Of a stretch of DNA of 64,000 nt, positions 27,305-48,141 are shown piece after piece. A program made the translations under genes and the position numbers. The notes beneath the pieces were generated by a model. It worked only from the letters and a program-made list of their open reading frames with translations, searched no databases and was not told the origin of the DNA. Position 1 is the first letter of the stretch; each line of letters begins with the position of its first letter. Location: the sequence record NC_042081.1; one strand, written 5' to 3'.

Positions 27305-27610
27305 TCAATAAATGAAACCACCAATGTAAAGTGACACTACTACATCGGCAACCCGAGGGTCTTGTGAATATTTAGATTTGACTAGTTTAATAAGTTCGGC
27401 TCGATTTTTAATGAAGCCTAGTTTCTTACTATCAATTTCCTCAGCTTCAATTAGGAAGTCATTTAACTTCTTCTTACTACCCAGTACATTAATCACCATT
27501 TGATCAATAACTGCATTAGTGTTTGATAGTTTAGTTAACTCTTGTTCAAAAACTTCCTTACGTCCTTCTGATCCAATTAGAGCTAGACCGATCTTTTTAA
27601 GTAGAGACAT
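27305..27610 (-). CDS. Hypothetical protein (101 aa, gp183-like)
   Basis: ORF track; AGG RBS. Confidence 0.8.
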   Translation of the reverse strand: MSLLKKIGLALIGSEGRKEVFEQELTKLSNTNAVIDQMVINVLGSKKKLNDFLIEAEEIDSKKLGFIKNRAELIKLVKSKYSQDPRVADVVVSLYIGGFIY

Positions 27611-27668
27611 GTTAATTACCTATTACATTGGTTTAAGAATGGTTACAATAAATAACTATTCCAAGTAT

Positions 27669-36432
<8,764 letters not shown>

Positions 36433-36507
36433 ATTAAACTCCATTGACGATTAGTAAAGTATCATATCGTTGTTTAACTTAGTATTACCAAAATAGGAAA
36501 ATAGAAA

Positions 36508-38160
36508 ATGAAGAAGGCATTAGTTCCTTTTAATATTTCTTTACTTATTCCCACTAAAGAACAATTAAAGTTCTTAGGTCAAGTAAAGAGTCATGAGATA
36601 TTTGAAGGTTTAGGTGGTAACTTTCATGAAGATGGTTTGTTCTCTGTTTCCATTTTTGGAAGAGTTGGATCAACTGATCGTGAGAGTTTATTTGGATATA
36701 TTCATTTAGGTTTAGAACTTATCCATCCAGCTGTATATCGAAACTTAATTAAATTAAAAGCTTTCTATGAAGAAATTATTCTTGGTAAGGCATTTGCAGT
36801 ATTTGACGAATCTATTAAAGATTTTATCCGCGCCGATGAACTAACTGGTAAAACTGGTTATACATTCTTTTTTGATAACTGGAAACGAATTGACTTTGGG
36901 TCCACTAAGTCAGGGGTTCGGCTATCAAGGTTACAATTAATCGAAAAATATAAAGATAACTGTATTTTTAAAGACATGCTTGTAACACCAGCCGCTTATC
37001 GTGATGCAGAGATTGATGAGAATAATCGTGTTGAGATGGATGAGATCAATGAACACTATAGGTATCTATTAAATCAGTCGTTTGGTGTACCTGATAGCTT
37101 TGGACCAAATGATGACTTGAGTATCTATGATCGCAAACGAGTAGCAATGCAAAACACCGTATTAGCTATTTATGAACATTATGAACGACTGCTATCCGGT
37201 AAACGTGGATACATTCAATCTAAATGGGCATCCCGTCGTATTGCCAATGGTACACGTAACGTCATTAGTTCGCTAGATACTAATGCTGCTGATCTTGATT
37301 CACCTAATCGACCAACATTCAAAGATGCCGTAGTTGGCTTACATCAAGCAGCTCGTTCAGTTGCACCGCGTACAATCTTTGCACTAAGGCAAGGTGTAGT
37401 TGGTGAAGTGTTTGATACAGTTACTAACACTGTACAGCTCATCAATAAGAAAACACTACGTTTAGAATGGGTCGATATCTCTAACGAAGATATGGATTTA
37501 TGGGGAACTCCTGAAGGGCAAGAACAAATCATCAATGAGTTAGATGTCATTGAAAAACGTTCACGTGCAATTGAAATTGCTGATCATTATCTAGCCCTTA
37601 TTTACGTTGATGATAAACAGAATTTTAAAATATTCCGCAACATCGATGAGTTACCTACTAATCTAAATAAGAAATTTGTTAGACCTATTACTTATGCCGA
37701 ATTAGTTTACCTTAGTGGATTAAGTATGTGGCGAACAAACTCAGCGTTTGTTACACGATATCCTGTAGAAAACTACAATAGCTCTATCCCCTGTAAGATG
37801 TATGTTAAAACAACCGTAGTGGGTGAATTACGTTATCCGTTAAATGATCAATGGGAACGTGATGATACGTTGGAACCAGCCTTAGAATTCCCTGTGTTTG
37901 AATTAAATAAACCAGCCCAGTGGCATGACTCAGTATCCATCTCTCCTTCTATTCTCGCGCCATTGGGGGCGGATTTCGACGGGGACACTGTATCATTTAA
38001 CGCAGTTTATTCAGAGGAAGCTATCGCTGAAACAGATGCTTTCTTTAAGAAACGTATTGCATATATACATGCCGATGGTCGACTGGCATTTAGTGTTGGT
38101 GTCCATACACTCAATTTAACTCTTCGGTACATGACTGGGGAACCCAAACAAAGGGATTAA
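36508..38160 (+). CDS. gp180: Virion RNA polymerase beta-prime N-terminal subunit (phiKZ gp180)
   Basis: GLFSVSIFG, LSGKRG and catalytic LGADFDGD motif. Confidence 0.96.
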   Translation: MKKALVPFNISLLIPTKEQLKFLGQVKSHEIFEGLGGNFHEDGLFSVSIFGRVGSTDRESLFGYIHLGLELIHPAVYRNLIKLKAFYEEIILGKAFAVFDESIKDFIRADELTGKTGYTFFFDNWKRIDFGSTKSGVRLSRLQLIEKYKDNCIFKDMLVTPAAYRDAEIDENNRVEMDEINEHYRYLLNQSFGVPDSFGPNDDLSIYDRKRVAMQNTVLAIYEHYERLLSGKRGYIQSKWASRRIANGTRNVISSLDTNAADLDSPNRPTFKDAVVGLHQAARSVAPRTIFALRQGVVGEVFDTVTNTVQLINKKTLRLEWVDISNEDMDLWGTPEGQEQIINELDVIEKRSRAIEIADHYLALIYVDDKQNFKIFRNIDELPTNLNKKFVRPITYAELVYLSGLSMWRTNSAFVTRYPVENYNSSIPCKMYVKTTVVGELRYPLNDQWERDDTLEPALEFPVFELNKPAQWHDSVSISPSILAPLGADFDGDTVSFNAVYSEEAIAETDAFFKKRIAYIHADGRLAFSVGVHTLNLTLRYMTGEPKQRD

Positions 38161-38162
38161 TC

Positions 38163-41100
38163 ATGCGCTTAAATATTACACAGTTTCTGAAAAATTATAG
38201 TGTACGCGAATATGCTAAACTTCAGTCACCTAAGTTGCATGCTCTAAATAAACTTGATCTACCTTTCGAATCCATTTATCAGTTCTTCGATGGTAATAAT
38301 GCAGTAATGGGTCCTAGTCAAACAGACCCATTATTCTCCAAACATCAAGGTAAAGTATATATTGAGCATGTTACTGATATGCTTACATTTGAAGGTAATC
38401 CACGTAGGACTTCAAATATCCCAGCAACAATGATTCAAGAGTTTCGCCGCCAGAACCGTTTCTTTAAACCTTTACGCAGTGATACCGGTTTTAAATTATC
38501 AAACCAGAACATTCTGGTAATGAATTATAATTTAATTAACCCTCAATGGAATTATATGGCTTCTTATAAAGCTACATGGTTCCGTTGGTCAAATGACATG
38601 CGTACATTCTGGAGTGGCGTAGCGGCTGCATGTGAACGTTTTCCTGGTTGGAACCAGTTCATTGATGTACACTTACCTGAGTTAGTTCCACCTCCTTCTT
38701 CTTTTAATAAACTACGAGGGGGTTTAACTCAAGATCTAGCTAATCAATTCAATACACCTGATATTCTAAATATATTTGATTTAGTTCGCTGGGTTTCTGA
38801 TGATCGTGAAAGTTCTTTCATGAATGTCATCGATGCTAAGTATTACGGTAACATTAATCTTTTATTCCGTGTACAAAGTTCATTCTTTGTTATTAACTTA
38901 GGGATGCTTGATCAATGGCGTCGTGATCCAGAAATTAAAGATGATAAAGGTTATGATACCCAGCAAATAGCTAGGCGCCTTATTTCACTAGTATCAGCGA
39001 TGGTTGAATATAACCAAGGTAATACTTCATTAATTAAAGAAGATACGCCTATCTTTAATGAAGATATTATTGTTGATGAAGAAACTCCGGTTAGTTATGA
39101 AGAAGGTGAAGCAGAAGAGGTTGAGGATGTTGAGTCTAATAACGTTGAAGAAGAAGTAACTGAAGTTGATGTTATTGATGATGTTCAATTTGACCCAACC
39201 AACTTAACTAACTTAATTGATATTGGCGCAATTGAGGTAACATATACCCCACCACCAGAAAGTGATCTTGAGGTAACAAAGCTTATCATTGAAAAAGATC
39301 CACTGGAATCTTCACCTTCTCGCCAAATTAAAGAAGAGAAGGAACTCATTGTAACAGATGTACCAGAAGATGAGTTATTCATCAATACTGAAGTTGATGA
39401 AGAAGATAAACTAATCGATGCCATTAGAGCTAAAGCATACGACATGTATCGCGTGAATATGATTTCTGCGAATACATTCGAGCAAGCTCAAGAAGATTCG
39501 ATTATGTATCGTCGTCTACCTGATCCATTTACCGATCCTAATGATGAATCAGTAGAACCTATGACGATCGCTGAGGCGATGGAATATCATCCAGATGATC
39601 TTAAGATTCCAGAAGACACCACTTTTGAAGATAAGCCAACCATTGTTGATAAATCAATGTTGGGTAGTAAGTTAAAAGCCATCCAACGCAAATACAACAA
39701 GGTCTTATTAAAGAAAGATATTTTAAACAGTGTGTTATCTGTTCAGAAACAAGGCGTATCAGTAACTAATTACAAAATTGAAACTGTACGCGATTCTGGT
39801 AACCATTACCAAATCCACAAAGTTACATTAAAGCCTATTCGTGGTAGAAGTTCACAAGTAATGTTCCGTATCCCTGTCATTGATAATGACGGTAGGTTCA
39901 TGTCTAATGGGGTAACATATCGCCAACGTTTACAACGTGCTGATATTCCAATTCGTAAAGTTAATCCACGTAAAGTTGCATTGACCTCTTATTATAATAA
40001 GACCTTTGTGACCAGATCTGAACGTGCTGAAAACAACTTTGATAATTGGTTAATCAGAGCGATTACCAACCGTGCATTAGATGGAAGTGATATGTCTGTA
40101 CATTCAGTTACCTATGCTGAATTAGATCAATCCAACTATGTTCTACCAAGGGTGTACACTACTTTAGGAACAGCTTTTAAAGGCTTCCATAATCACCGTA
40201 ATGTGTTCTATTTTAATTTCAAAGATCGTAATGAATTCTTTGCAAAACAAGGATTACATATCGAAGATTATGAAACTGATGATTTGATAATGGTGGGGTT
40301 CAATGGCACTGATGCTATCTTGTTAGATAAGAATTCCATCTTTTACATGAAAACAGGTAATGAGCTAGAACCTATTGGTACCATTACAGATATACTTGGC
40401 TTAGATCTAACCAAAGCGCCGTTAGAAGCTATTCTAATGTCAATTGGTGGTAAAGAGCTACCATTAGGTTTCATTTTAGCATATCACCATGGCTTAAACA
40501 ATCTACTTAAGAAGTTGAATGTTAATTATCAGCGTCATCAGCGTGGTACCAGGATTGTTGTCAATAGTACGGATTATACATTAGCGTTCGCTGATGAGAT
40601 CCTAGTATTTGATCGAGCTGATTATAAAGCAATGCTTGTATTAAGTGGACTCAAACGTTATCATAAATCACTGCGGCGTTATTCTGTTTATGATTTCAAT
40701 AAACGAGATGTTTACTTCAGGGTTCTTGAAGAAGCTGGATTAAGTAATAGATTTACACGTGATATTGATACACTCTTCTCAGCATGGGTCGATCCAATCA
40801 CTGAGGGTCTACTCAAGGAGATGGGTGAACCAACTACTTTTGAAGGATTGCTTTATCGGTCTGTCGAGTTATTAACGAACGACTGGAGTCCAGCAGAAGT
40901 AGATGGTGCATATATGCGCTATCGTGGTTATGAGCGCATGGCAGGGGCTATTTTTAATGAACTCAATAGAGCGGTACGTGTATTTAATATGCGTAATGGT
41001 GGGTCAGTGCAAACTGTCGAGTTAGATCCACACGTGATCTGGCGCAAGATTGTACAAGATCCGACAGTAGCCACTATTGAAGATTCTAACCCCATTGCAA

Positions 41101-42518
41101 ATATCCGTGAACAAGAAGCGATGACTTATCGTGGAGATGGTGGACGCGGTCCAACTTCAATGGTTGCACGTACACGTATTTACGGTGAAGCGGATGTTGG
41201 TGTGGTCAGTGAATCAACTGTGGACTCAGGTGACGTTGGTGTTATTGCTTACTTAGTACCTGATGCTAACTTTGTAAACATGCGTGGTGTTACGCGTATG
41301 TTTGATCCAAAGACAGATGGGCCAGCTAGACTACTCTCAACTAGTGCACTGCTTGGTGTTGCAACCGAACATGATGACCCTAAGCGAATTAACTTTATCT
41401 CAATTCAGCAGCAGCAAGGTATTTATGCTGATGGGTATACAGTTACACCAGTTCGTACAGGCTATGAACAAATCATAGCCCAAAGGACTAGTTCTATCTT
41501 TGCTGTAGCAGCAGAACAAGATGGTGAGGTTGTAGCTATTGATGAATATGGTATCCAAGTTAAATATGCCGATGGTAATGTATTTGGATATCAATTAGGT
41601 ACAGTTCATGGCACAGCAGCTGGTGTTAACTATCCACACATTCTTGTTACCTCATTAAAGAAAGGTGATAAGTTTAAACGTGGAGATACTATCACATATA
41701 ACAAACGTTATTTCTCTGAAGATAGGTATACGCCTGGGCAAGTATTATGGAAAGCCGGTTGTATGGCTGTTGTAGCATTTGATGATAACCTTGACACTTT
41801 AGAAGACGGTTCAGTTATTTCTGAAGACCTAGCTAAAAGGTTAAATACTCAAACAACTGCAATCAAGAATATCGATGTTAGGTTTGATCAGACTATTCGA
41901 GATATGGTGAAAGTTGGGGATCACGTCGACTTAAATTCAATTCTATGTATAATTGAAGATCCTGAAACAGCTGCTCACTCACTATATGACGAGGCATCTA
42001 TTGAGACATTACGCAAACTATCAGCATATTCGCCACGTGCTAAGCTCGTAGGTACAGTATCAAAGATTGAATGCTTCTATCATGGTGAAATAGACGATAT
42101 GACACCAAGTTTACAAGCATTAGCTAATACGTCAGATAAACAACGCGCTGAACGAGCTAAATCATTGAAAGAACCTACTTTCACTGGACAAGTAGATGCT
42201 AACTATCGAGTGAAAGGACGAGCCTTAGAATATGACCACATGATTATTCGAGTGTATATCGATCATGATATCCCATGTGGTGTTGGAGATAAAGGCGTAG
42301 TAGCTAACCAGATGAAAACGGTATTCTCCCGTGTAATGACTGGACGTAATGAAACTGAAGATGGCCGTAATATTGATCTACTATTCGGTAATACATCGGT
42401 AGAAGAACGAATGGTTCTATCTCCTAAAATCATTGCTACAACAACTGGTATCTTGTGGGCAGCTGGAAAACATCTTGTAGCTGTATATAGAGGAAACACT
42501 AATGCAAAAGCTAAGTAA
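38163..42518 (+). CDS. gp178: Virion RNA polymerase beta subunit, large fragment (phiKZ gp178, 1451 aa)
   Basis: RpoB-like motifs HDDPKR..QQQ, LEDG, VGDKG; uninterrupted. Confidence 0.96.
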   Translation: MRLNITQFLKNYSVREYAKLQSPKLHALNKLDLPFESIYQFFDGNNAVMGPSQTDPLFSKHQGKVYIEHVTDMLTFEGNPRRTSNIPATMIQEFRRQNRFFKPLRSDTGFKLSNQNILVMNYNLINPQWNYMASYKATWFRWSNDMRTFWSGVAAACERFPGWNQFIDVHLPELVPPPSSFNKLRGGLTQDLANQFNTPDILNIFDLVRWVSDDRESSFMNVIDAKYYGNINLLFRVQSSFFVINLGMLDQWRRDPEIKDDKGYDTQQIARRLISLVSAMVEYNQGNTSLIKEDTPIFNEDIIVDEETPVSYEEGEAEEVEDVESNNVEEEVTEVDVIDDVQFDPTNLTNLIDIGAIEVTYTPPPESDLEVTKLIIEKDPLESSPSRQIKEEKELIVTDVPEDELFINTEVDEEDKLIDAIRAKAYDMYRVNMISANTFEQAQEDSIMYRRLPDPFTDPNDESVEPMTIAEAMEYHPDDLKIPEDTTFEDKPTIVDKSMLGSKLKAIQRKYNKVLLKKDILNSVLSVQKQGVSVTNYKIETVRDSGNHYQIHKVTLKPIRGRSSQVMFRIPVIDNDGRFMSNGVTYRQRLQRADIPIRKVNPRKVALTSYYNKTFVTRSERAENNFDNWLIRAITNRALDGSDMSVHSVTYAELDQSNYVLPRVYTTLGTAFKGFHNHRNVFYFNFKDRNEFFAKQGLHIEDYETDDLIMVGFNGTDAILLDKNSIFYMKTGNELEPIGTITDILGLDLTKAPLEAILMSIGGKELPLGFILAYHHGLNNLLKKLNVNYQRHQRGTRIVVNSTDYTLAFADEILVFDRADYKAMLVLSGLKRYHKSLRRYSVYDFNKRDVYFRVLEEAGLSNRFTRDIDTLFSAWVDPITEGLLKEMGEPTTFEGLLYRSVELLTNDWSPAEVDGAYMRYRGYERMAGAIFNELNRAVRVFNMRNGGSVQTVELDPHVIWRKIVQDPTVATIEDSNPIANIREQEAMTYRGDGGRGPTSMVARTRIYGEADVGVVSESTVDSGDVGVIAYLVPDANFVNMRGVTRMFDPKTDGPARLLSTSALLGVATEHDDPKRINFISIQQQQGIYADGYTVTPVRTGYEQIIAQRTSSIFAVAAEQDGEVVAIDEYGIQVKYADGNVFGYQLGTVHGTAAGVNYPHILVTSLKKGDKFKRGDTITYNKRYFSEDRYTPGQVLWKAGCMAVVAFDDNLDTLEDGSVISEDLAKRLNTQTTAIKNIDVRFDQTIRDMVKVGDHVDLNSILCIIEDPETAAHSLYDEASIETLRKLSAYSPRAKLVGTVSKIECFYHGEIDDMTPSLQALANTSDKQRAERAKSLKEPTFTGQVDANYRVKGRALEYDHMIIRVYIDHDIPCGVGDKGVVANQMKTVFSRVMTGRNETEDGRNIDLLFGNTSVEERMVLSPKIIATTTGILWAAGKHLVAVYRGNTNAKAK

Positions 42519-42699
42519 TAATGTAGCACATGGTCAGAACATTGCTGTTCTTCATGCTGCTGTTAAACTAGGTACTCAAGCAATTCTACAATCGCTTGGT
42601 GGCACCACCAGCTCCCCATCTCTGAATGGGGAGTTTTTAACTGAGGCTGATATTGCAGCAGCTTTAAACGCTCGCTTAATGAAGAACCTCAATATCTAA
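42502..42699 (+). CDS. Small hypothetical protein (65 aa)
   Basis: GAGG RBS; fills the gap in the operon. Confidence 0.6.
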   Translation: MQKLSNNVAHGQNIAVLHAAVKLGTQAILQSLGGTTSSPSLNGEFLTEADIAAALNARLMKNLNI

Positions 42700-42710
42700 G
42701 GAGTGTTAAA

Positions 42711-44270
42711 ATGTTCTGTAAAGAAACCCAAGCTGCGATTGTTGGCTCAGCACGTAGTCTAACTGAGGATAACCTTGTTCTAGTTATCCCTAATGAAACA
42801 TATCCCCTTGCGGTCTTTGCAGATGGTTTCAGTGTAGATGGCAACTCTAATAAAGTTGCCCTCTCTGAAGAGCTGGAAGCATCTGTAGAAGAGTTCTTCG
42901 AGGAAGCTAACCAAGAGCAACCTGTTAGTGTAGAAGAAGAGCAAGAAGCTCTGATTGCACATGTCTGCTCATCATTACAAAAGATCCAATTCAATACGCA
43001 GAATGTTATTTGCCCTGCAATTGAATATATGGTACGTGTTTTTAATGAGCGTCAAAGCATTAGTTGTCAACCAGATGTAAGCGCTACATTCTACCACTAT
43101 AATGCAGTTCATAGTGATCCACGCTTAACTGCACACGTTAGTACACGATACAATAATTTACAGCCGCTACCTGAGTATCGTACCTTTATTCTAGAATCAA
43201 TTGATGCTAATGAAATTATTCGGTTAGTGTCAATGGGTAATCCGCATCTAGATCAAACTGAAGTTGAAGAATGGCTACTATCTATTCCTAATAGTGCCGC
43301 TGTTATTGAAGGTGTGTGGAATTCTATCTTCAATGATGGTCGTCTTCTCATTCCAGGTGAACTTGAATATGTTGTGGGTAGGTCCTTCCCATTCACTGTT
43401 GATTCACTAGCTCTGGCTTACATGATTTGCGGTCACTACATCGATAACCCGGTTGAAGTTATTGGCGAGAGTGATGTTGACCTAGAAACATGGTCACTAA
43501 CTATTCGTAAACTACATGAGATGTTTGGATTCTATCTCAAGCGTGCTTATGAACGTCGTCAAGCTGATCGTGATGCAGGTCTACTCATCCTAGCCTCAGA
43601 AGCTAATAATGTAGTTGCTAATTCTCGTTGCAAAGTAATCATTAATGGTGATGTTGCACCTCAATTTGAATTAGCCGGTGGTGACATCCAAGCTATCCTT
43701 GGTGCAGCTGTAGCAGGTAGTAATAACATTTACCTAGAACAGATTCTTAATAACTCAGAACAGTTTATTCAACGTTGGCTATCAGTATATCCGCTGATTA
43801 AACAATCGGCTATGGATAAAGGTTTACGTAAACTACGCAATGACATTCATGAATCATTTATGGATGGTGTCATTAATACTGAACTTAAAGATCGCCATGT
43901 TAATGAACTCGAATATCGTATTAAAGAAGCAATGAGTACGATGACGACTGAAGATCTTAAGAATCCTTATATCACCTTTGGTAAACTTATCTGTAAAACA
44001 TTCTTTACAGAAAATGTTTACTGGCAATATCTGCTAGCAGTTGATGAATTTAGTCAAATGTATCCTGAGGCCACTCTACGTGAACTCAATACACAATCAC
44101 TAATTTCACTAATGGCAGCATGGCTGTCTCAACAGATTAAAGTTGAGCGGTTCACTGGTGTTGTTGATCCTTATGCAAAACTACCAGTAAAAGAAGTTAT
44201 TGAAACTGTAGAAGATGATAGCACTGAAACTTTAGATGATGTTGAAATCGAAGAAGAAGTTTCTAATTAA
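42711..44270 (+). CDS. Conserved head-associated protein (519 aa, gp177-like)
   Basis: AAGGAG RBS; head morphogenesis operon; acidic termini. Confidence 0.8.
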   Translation: MFCKETQAAIVGSARSLTEDNLVLVIPNETYPLAVFADGFSVDGNSNKVALSEELEASVEEFFEEANQEQPVSVEEEQEALIAHVCSSLQKIQFNTQNVICPAIEYMVRVFNERQSISCQPDVSATFYHYNAVHSDPRLTAHVSTRYNNLQPLPEYRTFILESIDANEIIRLVSMGNPHLDQTEVEEWLLSIPNSAAVIEGVWNSIFNDGRLLIPGELEYVVGRSFPFTVDSLALAYMICGHYIDNPVEVIGESDVDLETWSLTIRKLHEMFGFYLKRAYERRQADRDAGLLILASEANNVVANSRCKVIINGDVAPQFELAGGDIQAILGAAVAGSNNIYLEQILNNSEQFIQRWLSVYPLIKQSAMDKGLRKLRNDIHESFMDGVINTELKDRHVNELEYRIKEAMSTMTTEDLKNPYITFGKLICKTFFTENVYWQYLLAVDEFSQMYPEATLRELNTQSLISLMAAWLSQQIKVERFTGVVDPYAKLPVKEVIETVEDDSTETLDDVEIEEEVSN

Positions 44271-44316
44271 ATTATCTTAATGGTTAATAATCATTAAAAC
44301 ATGCAATCGATGATAA

Positions 44317-44344
44317 ACTCCGGTATTTGGAAGGATACCGGAGT
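44317..44344 (+). promoter_or_regulatory. Perfect 10-bp hairpin (attenuator, terminator or processing site)
   Basis: actccggtat-ttggaagg-ataccggagt. Confidence 0.6.
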
Positions 44345-44417
44345 AATACAGCGAATATTTAAAGGTGCATGATTTTGATTAAGTATTTTAATCTTTACAT
44401 AAATGAACAATTAGGAC

Positions 44418-45146
44418 ATGATAATGGACGTACGTTCTCTTCGACGGGATCCAGAACGGGTCCACAGTCATCTAACTGATTTAGAAGATAATTCAGTAGT
44501 AACTAATGCCCCATGTAAAATACAGATTCCAGAAAGATTTACAGGAAGACATCTAGCTGTTATTGGTAGTGAAGTATTCACTATTGGTATATTTCCTATT
44601 ATTTTTAATGATGAATATTACGCAGTAAATAATACCATTGCAATGATGCGGATAAATCCAATCTCTACTGAACGCGTCCACATCAATGGTGAAGTTTATC
44701 TAGAATTTCATTTTGATAAAGGTAGTAAGATTTTCCAGAATACTTACTTAGTTGTTAATGATACATTAACTTACTATGTCTATGATGAGTTAATTAACAA
44801 AGGAAACTTCCCTTGGTATATTAACTATTATGACAAAGCCAAATTATTTGAGACAGCTAATTTACACGCTGGTGTTAACCTTGGTGGATGGCCTACATTA
44901 CAACTTATTATTTCAACCACTCAGCGTGCCTCGGATGATATATCACAACTATATCGACATGTGTTAACTAGACACAGTGATATCGTGGATAATCCACCAG
45001 TCGACGTACCATTCCGTTCAGTTATCTGGAATACTTCAGACACAACATCAAAACTCAATGGGGCTTATTTTGATCAAGGTATCACATCAGCACTTGTTAA
45101 CCCATCTGAGTCAGTAGAGCTTATTGAAGAACTCCTCAGGACCTAA
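44418..45146 (+). CDS. Conserved virion/head protein (242 aa, gp176-like)
   Basis: AGGA RBS; immediately upstream of the protease. Confidence 0.8.
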   Translation: MIMDVRSLRRDPERVHSHLTDLEDNSVVTNAPCKIQIPERFTGRHLAVIGSEVFTIGIFPIIFNDEYYAVNNTIAMMRINPISTERVHINGEVYLEFHFDKGSKIFQNTYLVVNDTLTYYVYDELINKGNFPWYINYYDKAKLFETANLHAGVNLGGWPTLQLIISTTQRASDDISQLYRHVLTRHSDIVDNPPVDVPFRSVIWNTSDTTSKLNGAYFDQGITSALVNPSESVELIEELLRT

Positions 45147-45157
45147 GGAGTTGCGTT

Positions 45158-45970
45158 ATGCAACCATATTCTAATTTTTCTGGTTTGCAACAGCGTACTA
45201 ATAACCAAGTAGTTATCGGCAGTGATATGTTAGCCGGTACTAATAAAAAAGGTGTATTAGTACCTGATGCGGATGGTTACTATCTAACTCCACTAGGAGC
45301 TTATGGTACCCGAAATTCAGCTGGTATGTTCTATGAAATGGCATCCGGCGTATCTATGTTTAATCCAGACTCACCTTTAATGCGCCGTGTTAAAAAGGGT
45401 GTTCTATTCATGGAATACAAACACCCTGAACCCTATCGTAAAGATGGCACACGGATGAATGAACATGAGTACCTAATGCGAATTCGTCAAATCGATGATG
45501 ATCGTGTGTGTGCGCATATTAAGGAACTTATTCTGGTTGATTCTACAGATGAGAAAGGTCTTCCTATTAAACTAGTACTTGGCAAATGCAAACCATACGG
45601 TCCTTTTGGTAAGTACTTCGAAGCATCTATTACCAATCCTTCTCAGAATACTTATTGCTCGGTAAGGTCAATAACTCAAGATGATCCTATGCGCGGTATC
45701 AAATATACCCGTGAGATTTCAACTTGGGATATGGTTGGGGAAGGTGGTATTTACGGTGCTAATAAATGGAATTCCCCTGCATTAGAGAACTATGAAGATC
45801 AATTAATGGTTATCACGCCTGATACTCTATATCAGGTACAGCGTGAACGTGAACGTCAAATTAACATGGGTTTTGAATGTTCTGATATCACCAATGTGAC
45901 AGATCTAGCGAAAAGTCTTGGCTGGGATATTTCACCAGTTAAACATAGGCGCCCTGGCTTCATGCGTTAA
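45158..45970 (+). CDS. gp175: Prohead protease (phiKZ gp175, 270 aa)
   Basis: EYKHP (His) and CSVRS (Ser) like T4 gp21; PALE autocleavage motif. Confidence 0.92.
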   Translation: MQPYSNFSGLQQRTNNQVVIGSDMLAGTNKKGVLVPDADGYYLTPLGAYGTRNSAGMFYEMASGVSMFNPDSPLMRRVKKGVLFMEYKHPEPYRKDGTRMNEHEYLMRIRQIDDDRVCAHIKELILVDSTDEKGLPIKLVLGKCKPYGPFGKYFEASITNPSQNTYCSVRSITQDDPMRGIKYTREISTWDMVGEGGIYGANKWNSPALENYEDQLMVITPDTLYQVQRERERQINMGFECSDITNVTDLAKSLGWDISPVKHRRPGFMR

Positions 45971-45984
45971 AAATAAAAAAAAGA

Positions 45985-46016
45985 CATAATGCCCTCCCGT
46001 AATGGGAGGGCTTATG
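45985..46016. repeat. Conserved palindrome / bidirectional terminator, copy 2
   Basis: cataat-GCCCTCCC-gtaat-GGGAGGGC-ttatg. Confidence 0.85.
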
Positions 46017-46019
46017 CTG

Positions 46020-47156
<1,137 letters not shown>

Positions 47157-47166
47157 TTAAAAACTA

Positions 47167-48141
47167 CTATTTTTTATAAGCAATAAATTTTCCAATATGC
47201 TTGAATCCCTTACAACTAATAGTAACTTTAATCGGATATTTAGCCTTCATTACATAAATTAACCTGGACATATTAAACGGCGCATAAAGTATAAAATCAT
47301 TATCTACCATTTCTTTATGGAATGCATTAATCTTATCTTGGACTAGTTTAATATAATCCTCATCATTAATAATACTTTGTTTATCTGAAATAACAATCTT
47401 ATCTACAGTATCGCCTTCAGCACATAGTCTTTCATATACCTCAGTACGGATAAATGTATTAACTGCGATATATGTATTTTCTGTTACTTGTGTAGCTTGT
47501 GCACTATAAATATCACTAATACAGTAATTAGGTTTATATGGACCAAATGGATCAATAATATCTTTAATAGATACACTCTTTTTTGGTAGAACATGGGGTG
47601 TTTCTAAAAATGAAACACTGTCATGTGCATCAATATCTAAATACTTATTGACTAGTGGGGCAACGCGGTTGAATGCCTCTTCATAGATAGCATACATGTA
47701 GCCACGGTAATCTGGTAAAGACGCATAATAATTACGCTGAACAACAGTCTCGCAACTACTAACATAATTATAAAAAATATCTGCGTGCCTTAAAACATTA
47801 TTAAATTCATCTACGCCTAGAATTGAACTAATCCAACTAACATCATTATCGTGGATAAATATAGCTAAACGAAGGTTTTGCCGTTTTGGATTAGTTTCAT
47901 CTTGGAATGGATATGTTGTATATAGCTCAGTGATAGCTTGTTTAACTACATCAGGTGATTCATTGAAAAATTCTTTTGAGAATTGATCAATTGACATATT
48001 TTGTCTTTGCTGATATAGTTCATTAATACGTGCTTCTACTTGCACAAGGAAGTTAATCTTTTTACTGATTTTAAGGCTATGTTCAGTATGCATTAAGTTA
48101 TCTCTGTTTGATTGATTTAATAACATCACAAACAATTTCAA
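47167..48141 (-). CDS. Hypothetical protein (gp173-like; probable start 48093)
   Basis: Long ORF. Confidence 0.75.
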   Translation of the reverse strand: MKLFVMLLNQSNRDNLMHTEHSLKISKKINFLVQVEARINELYQQRQNMSIDQFSKEFFNESPDVVKQAITELYTTYPFQDETNPKRQNLRLAIFIHDNDVSWISSILGVDEFNNVLRHADIFYNYVSSCETVVQRNYYASLPDYRGYMYAIYEEAFNRVAPLVNKYLDIDAHDSVSFLETPHVLPKKSVSIKDIIDPFGPYKPNYCISDIYSAQATQVTENTYIAVNTFIRTEVYERLCAEGDTVDKIVISDKQSIINDEDYIKLVQDKINAFHKEMVDNDFILYAPFNMSRLIYVMKAKYPIKVTISCKGFKHIGKFIAYKK

